In this document: in pieces, positions 18,822 to 27,520 of the stretch | Position numbering within the stretch: position 1 is the stretch's first letter | How the letters are laid out: each line of letters begins with the position of its first letter | Origin: Bacteroidota bacterium | GTDB lineage: Bacteria; Bacillota; UBA4882; JAAYXC01 | Length of the DNA stretch: 64,000 bases | Assembly: GCA_050260415.1 (NCBI GenBank) | Contig: JBLNCE010000055.1 | Coordinates: forward strand, 29,621 to 93,620 | Direction of reading: 5' to 3' | Notes under the pieces: generated by a model | Told to the model about the DNA's origin: nothing | The model's database searches: none | Seen by the model: only the letters and a program-made list of their open reading frames with translations | Position numbers and translations under genes: made by a program

Positions 18822-19928
18822 TCACTCAATAAAGTCCTTCAACTGCTTGCTCCGGCTAGGGTGCCTGAGTTTTCTCAGGGCTTTGGCCTCGATCTGGCGG
18901 ATCCTCTCCCTCGTCACGCCGAAGTACTGTCCGACCTCCTCCAGGGTACGGGCGCGGCCGTCCTCCATGCCGAAACGGAGGCGCAAGACCTTTTTCTCCC
19001 GCGTGGTCATCGTGTCCAGGATTTCCGCGAGCTTCTCCTGGAGCAGGCTGAAAGACGCCGCTTCCGCCGGCGCCGGCGTATCGTTGTCTTCGACAAAATC
19101 GCCGAGACGGCTGTCTTCTTCTTCACCGATGGGCGTTTCCAGGGAGACTGGTTCCTGGGCGATCTTGACGATCTCGCGCACGCGGTCCACGCCTATCTCC
19201 ATTTCCGCCGCGATCTCTTCCACGGAGGGTTCCCTGCCGAGCACCTGGACCAGTTGGCGCGAGACGCGGTTAAACTTGTTGATTGTCTCCACCATATGGA
19301 CCGGGATACGGATCGTGCGCGCTTGGTCGGCGATGGCCCTGGTGATGGCCTGGCGGATCCACCACGTCGCATAGGTGCTGAACTTATATCCCTTGCGGTA
19401 GTCGAATTTTTCCACCGCTTTGATCAAGCCCAGGTTGCCTTCCTGGATCAGATCCAAGAAGTGCATGCCGCGCCCGGCGTAGCGCCGGGCAATACTCACC
19501 ACGAGGCGCAGGTTGGCCTCGGCCAAGTGCCTCTTGGCGCTCTCGTCACCTTGCTCCGCGCGTTTGGCGAGGTCGACTTCCTCCGCCGCGTCAAGCAGGG
19601 GAACACGGCCGATTTCCTTGAGATACATGCGTACCGGATCGTCAATGGCAATGCCCTCGGGCAGTGAAAGGTCGATCTCCGCCTCCGCCTCGGTTGGTGC
19701 AAGGACGGCGGGGAATGGAAAGCCGGTCTCGTCCGCCGCGGGCAGGACCTCAACGCCGCTGCTGGCCAGGGCCTTGTAGAGCGCGTCAATTTGCTCTGGC
19801 GCCAGTTCCACCCGGTCCAAGGTGTCCATGATCTCCTGGTGGGTGACTGAGCCCTTCTTCTCGCCTTTGCTCAGGAGTTCCCTAACAGCGGAGATGCTGG
19901 CGATCTCGAAGTCCTTGCCGTTCTCCAC
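18822..19928 (-). CDS. rpoD: RNA polymerase sigma factor RpoD/SigA
   Basis: Region 1.1, [66 protein letters not shown]; start codon approximate. Confidence 0.93.
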   Translation of the reverse strand: MENGKDFEIASISAVRELLSKGEKKGSVTHQEIMDTLDRVELAPEQIDALYKALASSGVEVLPAADETGFPFPAVLAPTEAEAEIDLSLPEGIAIDDPVRMYLKEIGRVPLLDAAEEVDLAKRAEQGDESAKRHLAEANLRLVVSIARRYAGRGMHFLDLIQEGNLGLIKAVEKFDYRKGYKFSTYATWWIRQAITRAIADQARTIRIPVHMVETINKFNRVSRQLVQVLGREPSVEEIAAEMEIGVDRVREIVKIAQEPVSLETPIGEEEDSRLGDFVEDNDTPAPAEAASFSLLQEKLAEILDTMTTREKKVLRLRFGMEDGRARTLEEVGQYFGVTRERIRQIEAKALRKLRHPSRSKQLKDFIE

Positions 19929-20020
19929 GTCGTGTTCCGTCCTCCCTAGGTGACGCTCGCGCCGGTTTTGCAGGTGGGTGCTGAACAGGAGGCCTCCCTG
20001 CCGCCTACACGGATGTGTTC

Positions 20021-20049
20021 TTGACAACGGATTCATTCTGTGTTATGGT
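20021..20049 (+). promoter_or_regulatory. Putative opposing sigma-A promoter
   Basis: TTGACA-17 bp-TATGGT with extended TG. Confidence 0.4.
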
Positions 20050-20099
20050 TTAATTAATTCAGTGTATACTTATGATATGATAGGCATATTCCGCTATAT

Positions 20100-20128
20100 A
20101 TTATACCATAAAATTGAGTTTTTGTCAA
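20100..20128 (-). promoter_or_regulatory. Perfect-consensus sigma-A promoter for rpoD
   Basis: Minus strand TTGACA-17 bp-TATAAT with extended -10 TG. Confidence 0.85.
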
Positions 20129-20286
20129 GGAAATCTTTGCGCTCCCATTGGCCACGGGCGGGTCGGAACAGAGTCGCGAGAAGTGATAAGGGTTTGCGCG
20201 GGCGGGCGCAGACCCTTTGTTATTTCGAGAAATCTAGAAGAAGTGGGAAAATCCCCATCTCAGCCGGCGGCGCTGTCCGGCTTTTA

Positions 20287-21441
20287 TCATCCCCGGAGGG
20301 ACTGCACGGCCTTTCCCAGCTCGATGACTTGTTCGATATCGCCCTCGGGCGGCAGGATATCGCCAATATTGACGAGGACCCGATTCCTAAAGGCTTTGGC
20401 GATGCGGAGGCCGAAGTTCACGATTTCCCGCGTGGGCAACCGCTGCGTCAAGAGCGTGGCCGGAACGCCGCAGTAGCAGTGGAGGTCTTCCCCGGCCGCG
20501 ACGGCCAGTTCCTCGGGTGTATAATTGAACATCGGCGCCGGCGTACAGCCGTCCAGGAGGTCAAAACCGGTTTCCTTGATGAAGGGGAAGAAGCTCCGGA
20601 AGTTGCCGTCGAGGTGGGTGGAGATTAACTTGCCCGCCCGGTGGAGGATGCTGGTCGCCTTTTGATAATAGGGGATGCAGTACTTGCGGTAGAAAGGCGG
20701 CGCGATCAGGTTCTCGTCGGCGTGATCCGAGATAATGGCCAGCCTGGCCGGGGCCTGGGCCGCCAGTTCCACCAGTTTCAGTTTGTGTTCGGTCATGAAC
20801 TCGAGCATCTCCAGGACCACGTTTTCATGGTCATAGAGCGCGTAGATTACTTGCTCGAAGCCCATCAGATCGTGCACCAGCTGGCCAAAGGGCGAGCGCC
20901 AGAGCACCAGATCGCAGACGCCGAAGCCTTCCGTCTCGCGGTGAAACTTCTCGATCTCGTGGAAGGCCGGCGTGAAATGCTGGTGCGCCAGGGCATACTT
21001 GATGGCTTCCAGGTCCTTCAGTTCCTTCACGAAATGCTCGATCGGCGCCCAGGAACCATCCGCGGCCAACTGGTGCCTGGCCCGGAGGGTTCCGCGGGGT
21101 GTGGTTAGAGTCGTGATCTTGAACGGGCCCTCTCGGGTAATCTCCTCCGTGACCTTGTCGTCGTATGAGATCTTGACCCAGGCCGCCATATGCACGGGTA
21201 GGCCCCAGTCGTATTCCCGGTAAAAATCGAGGAAGGTCATCCTGCCCATCCTGCCCGGCAGACGGCTCGGCCGCCGGTGAAAACCCTCCGCGTCCGGGAT
21301 ATAGGCGCCGGGACCGAAGATCTCCTCCTCGCCCATCTCCTTGCGCGTGCATTCGTACCAGGTTGAGATGTCGGGGAAGAAGGGCAGCCGGTCGAGGGGT
21401 TTCTTCTCGAGCAGGTTGAAGAAGCGTTCGCGGTTGGTCAA
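20287..21441 (-). CDS. Uroporphyrinogen decarboxylase-like (URO-D/MtaA-CmuA superfamily) protein
   Basis: TNRERF..LL...P.DRLPF, TPRGTL, EHFVK, lmGfE...yal.D, PPFYRKY..PYY, HLDG; TTG after GGAGG. Confidence 0.75.
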   Translation of the reverse strand: MTNRERFFNLLEKKPLDRLPFFPDISTWYECTRKEMGEEEIFGPGAYIPDAEGFHRRPSRLPGRMGRMTFLDFYREYDWGLPVHMAAWVKISYDDKVTEEITREGPFKITTLTTPRGTLRARHQLAADGSWAPIEHFVKELKDLEAIKYALAHQHFTPAFHEIEKFHRETEGFGVCDLVLWRSPFGQLVHDLMGFEQVIYALYDHENVVLEMLEFMTEHKLKLVELAAQAPARLAIISDHADENLIAPPFYRKYCIPYYQKATSILHRAGKLISTHLDGNFRSFFPFIKETGFDLLDGCTPAPMFNYTPEELAVAAGEDLHCYCGVPATLLTQRLPTREIVNFGLRIAKAFRNRVLVNIGDILPPEGDIEQVIELGKAVQSLRG

Positions 21442-21534
21442 ATAATCCCCTCCCTGGGATAACGTGGGTTCCAAAGCCTTAAGTGTCCCTTCCAATTGGT
21501 GTAGGATGACCTCAAAGGTCAAAGCCTTCAACTT

Positions 21535-21686
21535 GATCGGGGTCGGTATCGGTATCGGGATCGATATAAATGCCAGTATCGGGATCGGGACCGGCATCAC
21601 GACGCTTCCGCCCATTGATTGCACGGCGGAATCGTAGGATGGAAATACGACACCCGATTGCGACCCCGATACCGACCCCGACTCCG
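21535..21686. repeat. Hexamer (ATCGGT/ATCGGG) inverted-repeat palindrome
   Basis: TCGGGGTCGGTATCGGTATCGGG ... CGACCCCGATACCGACCCCGA; same units at 25632-25727. Confidence 0.75.
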
Positions 21687-21701
21687 AAGGGCACTTTTCG
21701 G

Positions 21702-22970
21702 TTATTTCATCCGTTTCCTCACATCAGCTACGAACCTATCCATCTCCACCACCGTACTCTCCACGCGGGCTTTCTCCGCCGCGAGCGCGATGAGATGGCT
21801 GTTGATCGTATCCGCCGTGATCCTGGACGAGGCCTGGCCGCCCAGGCCGTTGATGGACCGTACGAAATCGCGCATGAGGTTGAAGTCGCCGCCGCCGTGT
21901 TTGTCCTGCTCCGCATCGAGACGAATGACGTCGCGTGCGCCCGAGGCGAAATCGACGACCTCGATCTCCGCCTTGTGGAGGTTGCCGCGCATCTGGCCCT
22001 TGGTGCCCATGAACTTCATGGTGCGGTTGAACTCGTCCGTGAAGGCGCACATGGACATGTTGATGGTGACGTCATTGGCGTACTGCAAGCATAACACCTG
22101 GTGATCGACCACGTCGTTGTCGCACTTGTAGACGCAGCGGCCGTAGGGGCCGTCCTTTAAAGCTTTAAGCCGTCCCTCCGGGCTCGTGTCCACGCTGATG
22201 ACGGTGGAGGAAAAGCCCGAGTTCTCCCGGAGATAGACGTCCGGGGCGTAGAACATGCACTCGTACTTGGCCGGACAGCCGTCCAGACACCGATCGGCGG
22301 CGCCCTTGGGAGCGTTCTTGGCGTTGAAATAGGTTAGGTCGCCGAAGGAGGAGACCTTGGTGCAGTCCGCGCCGACCAGCCAGAGGAAGGCATCCATGTC
22401 ATGACAGCATTTGGAGAGGATCATCGGGCAGGATTCCTGCGCATTGCGCCAGTTACCGCGGACGAAGCTGTGCGCGAAGTGCATGATGCCAACATTCTCC
22501 GCGTAATGCAATGACATGAGGCGCCCGATGCGGCCTTCGTCCAGGAACCGCTTGAGCGTCTGCATGAACCACATGTAACGCATGACGTAACATAGCATAA
22601 AGATCTTATCGTAGTTCTTGGCTAGATCCCCGATACGCAAGACTTCCTCCGCCTCGGTGGAGATGGGCTTCTCCAGTAGGATGTGGTAGCCCTTTTCCAT
22701 GGCCTTGAGGGCGGGCTGGAAGTGCATCTTGTCCCAGGTGCAGATGAGGATGGCGTCGGCCATCCTTGGCCTGTCGAGCAGGTCCTCCCATTTGGCGAAG
22801 GCCATCGCATCCTTTATGCCGTGGAGTTCCTGAAACTTCTTGCGCCTATCCTCCCGCGGCTCCGCCACGGCCACGAACTGCAACTCGTCCGGATTGGCCA
22901 GGGCATAGCTGCCGTAGGCGTTCATACCCCGGTCGCCGGCGCCCAAGAGTACTGATGTGACTTTTTTCAC
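21702..22970 (-). CDS. Gfo/Idh/MocA family NAD(P)-dependent oxidoreductase
   Basis: LLGAGDRG, LLEKP, HSFVRGNW, KCCHDMD, HGGGD. Confidence 0.9.
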   Translation of the reverse strand: MKKVTSVLLGAGDRGMNAYGSYALANPDELQFVAVAEPREDRRKKFQELHGIKDAMAFAKWEDLLDRPRMADAILICTWDKMHFQPALKAMEKGYHILLEKPISTEAEEVLRIGDLAKNYDKIFMLCYVMRYMWFMQTLKRFLDEGRIGRLMSLHYAENVGIMHFAHSFVRGNWRNAQESCPMILSKCCHDMDAFLWLVGADCTKVSSFGDLTYFNAKNAPKGAADRCLDGCPAKYECMFYAPDVYLRENSGFSSTVISVDTSPEGRLKALKDGPYGRCVYKCDNDVVDHQVLCLQYANDVTINMSMCAFTDEFNRTMKFMGTKGQMRGNLHKAEIEVVDFASGARDVIRLDAEQDKHGGGDFNLMRDFVRSINGLGGQASSRITADTINSHLIALAAEKARVESTVVEMDRFVADVRKRMK

Positions 22971-22992
22971 CTCTGTTATCCCTCCCGCCGTA

Positions 22993-24000
22993 TTAGGCGT
23001 TCCGCCTGATGTACCCGATGGAGACCGCCACGAGCATGACCAGGCCGGTAACGCACTTCTGGTAATTCGAGTTGATGGACATGAGCACCAGGGCATTGCT
23101 GATGAGGCCGATGAGCACCACGCCCAGCAGGATGCTGAGGGCGGAGCCCTTGCCGCCGTTCAAGGCGATGCCGCCCACGATGATGGAGGCCAGAGCGTCA
23201 AGGGAGTAGGAATCACCCGTATTGTACATGGCCTGCGAGACCCGGGAGACCAGGATCATGGCGGCCAGCGCGTTCATGAGGCCCACGACGATATAGGCCT
23301 TGATGAGCGTGGCATCCGTATTGATGCCGGAGACATAGGCCGCCTTCCTGTTGCCGCCGGTCGCGTAGAGGAAACGGCCGTATTTTGTATATCTCAACAC
23401 GACGAAGGAGATGAGCAGAGCCAAGAGGAGGAAGGGGATGGAGGCCGGTACGCGGCTGAAGATATAGCCCCTGCCAAGGAAAGTGAACTTGTCACCCAGG
23501 TAGTAGTAGGTCATGTGGGTGAGAATCAGGGCCAACCCGCTATAGATGAAACTGAAACAGAGCGTGATGATGAAGGAGGGCGCCTTGGTCTTGACAACGG
23601 TGATGCCGTTGATCGCTCCCAAAAGGGCGCCGCTGAGCACGGCCGCCACCACCGCCAAGTACGGGGCGTAAGGTGCTAGCGCGGGCAGGACCGAAGGACC
23701 GGTCGTGCCGCCGATTTTTTGGATGATCATGCCCATGACCACGCCGATTACCGAGACCTGGGCGCCCACGGAGATGTCGATCTCGCCCGCGATCAGCAGC
23801 ATCCCGACGCCGCTGGCCACGATGCCCAGGACCGCGATGGCCTGAAAGAGGTTAAGGAAGTTTTGCGGCATGAGGAAGCGGGGATTGACGATCCAGGCGA
23901 TGAGGCAGATCAGGATGATGACGGCCAGGATCGCCAGGTACTGCATGTTCAACATTCTCTTGGGCTTCAGGTCGGTCAAGGACGGCGCGATTATCTTCAT
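22993..24000 (-). CDS. Monosaccharide ABC transporter permease (RbsC-like)
   Basis: GEIDISVG, PSFIITL, TKYGR.LYA.GGN..AA..SGI, IVGG.AL.GGKG. Confidence 0.92.
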   Translation of the reverse strand: MKIIAPSLTDLKPKRMLNMQYLAILAVIILICLIAWIVNPRFLMPQNFLNLFQAIAVLGIVASGVGMLLIAGEIDISVGAQVSVIGVVMGMIIQKIGGTTGPSVLPALAPYAPYLAVVAAVLSGALLGAINGITVVKTKAPSFIITLCFSFIYSGLALILTHMTYYYLGDKFTFLGRGYIFSRVPASIPFLLLALLISFVVLRYTKYGRFLYATGGNRKAAYVSGINTDATLIKAYIVVGLMNALAAMILVSRVSQAMYNTGDSYSLDALASIIVGGIALNGGKGSALSILLGVVLIGLISNALVLMSINSNYQKCVTGLVMLVAVSIGYIRRNA

Positions 24001-25505
24001 ATTGAACCTTCTCCTTCCCCGACGCCCATCGCATGGCGCAGGATATTTTCTTCGGTAAGCTCCCCGCCTTCGAGGATTTTGGCCAGGCGGCCGTGGTACA
24101 TGACGCCGACCCGGTCGCAGATCGAGAGCAGTTCCGGGTTGTCGGAGGAGATCATGATGATGATCTTGCCTTGACCGGCCAGTTCGTCCATGATCTTGTA
24201 GATCTCACCCTTGGCGCCCACGTCGATGCCGACCGTCGGTTCGTCGATGATGAGGATATCCGCCCGGGCATAGAGCCACTTGGCCAGGACTACCTTCTGC
24301 TGGTTACCGCCGCTGAGGTTGCTCACCAGTTGTTGGTTGGAAGGGGTCTTGACCGTCAGGCGGCGCGACATCTCCTCGGTTTCTTTCTGTTCCCGGCCCA
24401 GATGCATGAAGAAGCCCAGAGTCTTGGCGAACTGGACCAGGCTTATATTCTCGAAGATGGGGCGCTCCATGACAAGGCCGGTCGATTTGCGATCCTCGGT
24501 GAGGAAGCCGATCCCCTTTCTGATGGCGTCCTTGGGGTTGCGCGGGGTGAGGTCCCTGCCCTCGTACATGAGCCGGCCCGAGGCCTTCTTGTCCAGGCCG
24601 AAGATGGCGCGGGCCAACTCCGTGCGGCCCGAGCCGACCAAGCCTCCGAGGCCGAAGATCTCCCCGCGCCCCACCGAAAAGGAGATATGCTCCAGGACAC
24701 CGGGATGATGGTAGTCCCGGATTTCCAGGCAAGCATGACCCTTGGTCTCCCGGCGTTGGCGTTGATAGAGGGAGGTCGAAGTACGGCCGATCATCTCGCG
24801 GATTATCTCATCCAGGCTGGTCTCCTTTACGTGGTGCGTGGCGATCTTCTTCCCGTCCTTCAGGACCGTGACCCGCTGGCAGATCCCGATGATCTCGCCG
24901 AGGTTGTGGGAGATGTAAATCACGCTGACCCCCGTCTCCGTATAGCGGTGGATCAGCTTGAAGAGTATCTGCTTACCCTTTTCGTCCAGCGAAGCCGTGG
25001 GCTCATCCAGGATGAGGATCTTGGGATGCTGGGAAGAGGCTTTGGCCAGGCTCACGAGCCTGCGCTCGATGAAAGTGAGGCTGCTGATCTTCCGCTGCGG
25101 ATTGATGGGAATCTCGAGCTTATCCAGAAGCTCCGCCGCGGCCCGAGTGCAGTCCCCGTAAGCGACAAAGCCCGCCCGGGTGGGAAGATGGTGAAGGTAG
25201 ATATTCTCGGCCACGGTGAGCTCCTCGACCAATTGGTTCTCCTGGTGCACGGTCTGAATGCCAAGTTCCATGGCCTGGGCCGGATCCAGGGCATGGAAGG
25301 TCTGGCCGTCGATGACGATCTGCCCGCCGTCCGGCCGCAGCGAGCCGGCGATGATCTCGATCAAGGTCGATTTGCCGGCGCCGTTCTGGCCCACGAGCGC
25401 ATGGACCTCCCCCGCCGCCAGGGTAAAGTCGACCTTGTCAAGGGCCTGGACGCCGGGGTAGCTCTTATTGAGTCCGCGGATTTCCAGGACGTTTTTCTGT
25501 TCCAT
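23997..25505 (-). CDS. Monosaccharide ABC transporter ATP-binding protein (RbsA-like)
   Basis: GQNGAGKST, LDEPT, LSGGNQQKV, DEPTVGIDVGAK. Confidence 0.95.
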   Translation of the reverse strand: MEQKNVLEIRGLNKSYPGVQALDKVDFTLAAGEVHALVGQNGAGKSTLIEIIAGSLRPDGGQIVIDGQTFHALDPAQAMELGIQTVHQENQLVEELTVAENIYLHHLPTRAGFVAYGDCTRAAAELLDKLEIPINPQRKISSLTFIERRLVSLAKASSQHPKILILDEPTASLDEKGKQILFKLIHRYTETGVSVIYISHNLGEIIGICQRVTVLKDGKKIATHHVKETSLDEIIREMIGRTSTSLYQRQRRETKGHACLEIRDYHHPGVLEHISFSVGRGEIFGLGGLVGSGRTELARAIFGLDKKASGRLMYEGRDLTPRNPKDAIRKGIGFLTEDRKSTGLVMERPIFENISLVQFAKTLGFFMHLGREQKETEEMSRRLTVKTPSNQQLVSNLSGGNQQKVVLAKWLYARADILIIDEPTVGIDVGAKGEIYKIMDELAGQGKIIIMISSDNPELLSICDRVGVMYHGRLAKILEGGELTEENILRHAMGVGEGEGSI

Positions 25506-25539
25506 CAATGGTCCCCTCGCGCTACGCCTCGATTAAATA

Positions 25540-25815
25540 AAAGCGTTGTGAAAAACCTCGTTATCGCGGTTTCGATGAAGGCCCTCTCCCCCTCGGTCCC
25601 CATAAGCGCTAACTTAGGTACAATAGACTGAGATCGGGGCCGGTATCGGAATCGGGGTCGAAGGTTTTTTCTAGGATATCGAGTGCAGCGGTATCGATTC
25701 CGATAGCGATACCGATTCCGACCCCGAGGAAGGACCAATTAAGCGTAGTAAGAAGATTAAAGCTAGCGCATATGCCCTCGGTCCCCCCTCTCCCGCGCGT
25801 GCGGGAGAGGGGGGA
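25540..25815 (+). repeat. Family-A palindromic element interrupted by an IS4-like MITE
   Basis: Removing 25601-25785 restores the family-A sequence seen at 1145 and 9110. Confidence 0.75.
25601..25774. mobile_element. 174-bp MITE with IS186/IS231-like ends and 11-bp target duplication
   Basis: Left end CATAAGCGCTAACTT, right end (rc) CATATGCGCTAGCTT (13/15 match); direct repeat CCCTCGGTCCC at 25590-25600 and 25775-25785. Confidence 0.8.
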
Positions 25816-25830
25816 TGAAAGGCAAGGATC

Positions 25831-25865
25831 ATTCAGGGGCCAGGGGAAACCCCCGGCCCCTGAAT
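25831..25865 (-). terminator. Strong hairpin downstream of SBP gene (terminator or mRNA stabiliser)
   Basis: ATTCAGGGGCC-AGGGG-AAA-CCCC-C-GGCCCCTGAAT. Confidence 0.6.
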
Positions 25866-25901
25866 CAAAGAGTCTTTATAACACAAGCACTGCTGGAATC
25901 G

Positions 25902-26924
25902 TTACTTCCTGAGGTTCGGATGGTACACGCCGGTCTTCACGAAATCCTTGGCCACCGGCAGCCAAGATTCGCCCATTTCCCAGGGGATGAGCGCATTCTG
26001 GTAGGTCTTGGCGCTGACCCAGACGATCGGGGAATAGGTCTTCTTCTGGTATTTTTCGCCCTTCAGGTAGGCGATGAGGTTATAGGCGCAGATCATGCCG
26101 TGCAGCGTCGGGGATTGGCTCAGGGCGAAGTCGAGGTAGCCCTTCTTGAAGTTCTCGACGTCCATGGGAGCGCCGTTGATGGAGACGACGGCGACCTTGT
26201 TCATGTCGACCTTCATCTCGCGCATGGCCTGGATGATGCCTTCCGTGATCTCGGCGCAGCCGCCTAAGGCCGCGTTGAACTTCACGCCGGACTGGATGAT
26301 GTTCTTCATGATGTTCAAGGACTTGTCGGTCGCGTAGTCGCCGTACTGGATGTCGGTGGCGAGCTTGAAGTCCTTGACGTTTTTCATCTCATCCGTCAAG
26401 CCTTTGATGCCCTGGACGATCGTGGGGCTGCCGGCGATGCCGGAGATATAGACCAGGTTGATGGGGCCGCTGACGTCCCGGCGGAGTTTGTTCACGGTGT
26501 ACTTGTAGACGTCATACCAGTTGAAGTCGATATCCGCGAAGGGTTTGCCGGGGCCAGCCGCGAGGCCGCTCTCCGTGATCTGGATGGGGATCTTGGCGTC
26601 GTTCGCCAGTTTGCAAGAGAACTGGGCGCTCTCGGGCGTGGCGGCCGTCAGGTTGATGGCGTCGACGCCCATGGTGATGAGGTTCTGGACCGCGGTGGTT
26701 TCATTGCTGGGGTTGTACTGATGGAACTGGAAAGTCACCTTGAAGCCCTGTTCCTTGGCGACCATCTCGTAGGCCTGCTTGAAGAAACCGAACCAACCGG
26801 CCTCGTAAGGAAGGACCACACCGACCGTGTACTGCTTTGACGCGGAGAACACCGCTGGCCCGGCCACCGCGACCAGCATCGCGACGGCCAACAGGATGAA
26901 TAGACCCTTACCGCTTCTCCTCAT
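25902..26924 (-). CDS. Monosaccharide ABC solute-binding protein (RbsB-like)
   Basis: Signal peptide, VQNLITMGVDAI, AKIPI, LSQSP; GGAGG RBS. Confidence 0.88.
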   Translation of the reverse strand: MRRSGKGLFILLAVAMLVAVAGPAVFSASKQYTVGVVLPYEAGWFGFFKQAYEMVAKEQGFKVTFQFHQYNPSNETTAVQNLITMGVDAINLTAATPESAQFSCKLANDAKIPIQITESGLAAGPGKPFADIDFNWYDVYKYTVNKLRRDVSGPINLVYISGIAGSPTIVQGIKGLTDEMKNVKDFKLATDIQYGDYATDKSLNIMKNIIQSGVKFNAALGGCAEITEGIIQAMREMKVDMNKVAVVSINGAPMDVENFKKGYLDFALSQSPTLHGMICAYNLIAYLKGEKYQKKTYSPIVWVSAKTYQNALIPWEMGESWLPVAKDFVKTGVYHPNLRK

Positions 26925-27132
26925 CTTCCAAACCTCCCATGTTTTATTAATAACGGATCATCCACGGGTAACACAGCGCCCGCATCCGTTATTTCCCAAA
27001 GGTGCCAATCCCCTCCAGTTGAGTGTAATTTTCCTGCCTCAAGCAGGCAGGACAAGTTCTGGCATCCTTAACAATACTACGGGGTCATTCCCTTTCCTGC
27101 TCAACCGGCGAGGGAATTTGTGGTCCGCTCCT

Positions 27133-27345
27133 CTATGACGGGCCCCCAAACTCCGCGACGTCGTCCTCGGAGAGAAAAGCCGCCTGTACTTCCATCCGCC
27201 GCTCGTTTTCCAGATCCCTGACTTCCACCATCCCGGTATCCTCGTGGATCCGTTCCAGCCAGACCGGCGCATGGCCATAATGCACGCCGATTACGCCGCG
27301 CGATGCCATGATCTCCTGCGCGCGCTTGATGTCCAGGGCGATCAA
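27133..27345 (-). CDS. sspH: H-type small acid-soluble spore protein
   Basis: DIKRAQEI.AS...I.V.Y...PVWLE.......V....L.E pattern typical of SspH; true start may be CTG at 27336. Confidence 0.75.
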   Translation of the reverse strand: MIALDIKRAQEIMASRGVIGVHYGHAPVWLERIHEDTGMVEVRDLENERRMEVQAAFLSEDDVAEFGGPS

Positions 27346-27520
27346 CCTCCCTTATGGGAGTATTCTGCCCCAGGCGGGACCGGCAAAACCGGGGTCTCGA
27401 AAGTGGAGACCATGGCGCGGGCGAAACTGCCGACGAATGCCCGGAACCGCCGATAGACGGCCGGGATGCGCGGTCTTATGATTACCTTGACATCAAAGCA
27501 TAGGTGAAGGAGAACCGACC

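Noticed and set aside
19978-20628. 216-aa plus-strand ORF over the rpoD promoter region
   Set aside because: It spans promoter DNA and the antisense of the URO-D-like gene, with no RBS or motif support.
21442-21624. PIPIP-rich N-terminal extension of the URO-D-like ORF
   Set aside because: Translation of the intergenic hexamer repeat; the RBS supports TTG 21441.
24033-25631. 532-aa plus-strand ORF
   Set aside because: Antisense shadow of the ABC ATPase in GC-rich DNA; no recognisable motifs.
26949-26993. Inverted repeat AATAACGGAT...ATCCGTTATT in the SBP leader as a riboswitch
   Set aside because: A single hairpin with no recognisable riboswitch consensus; it could be an operator or leader stem but this is unsupported.
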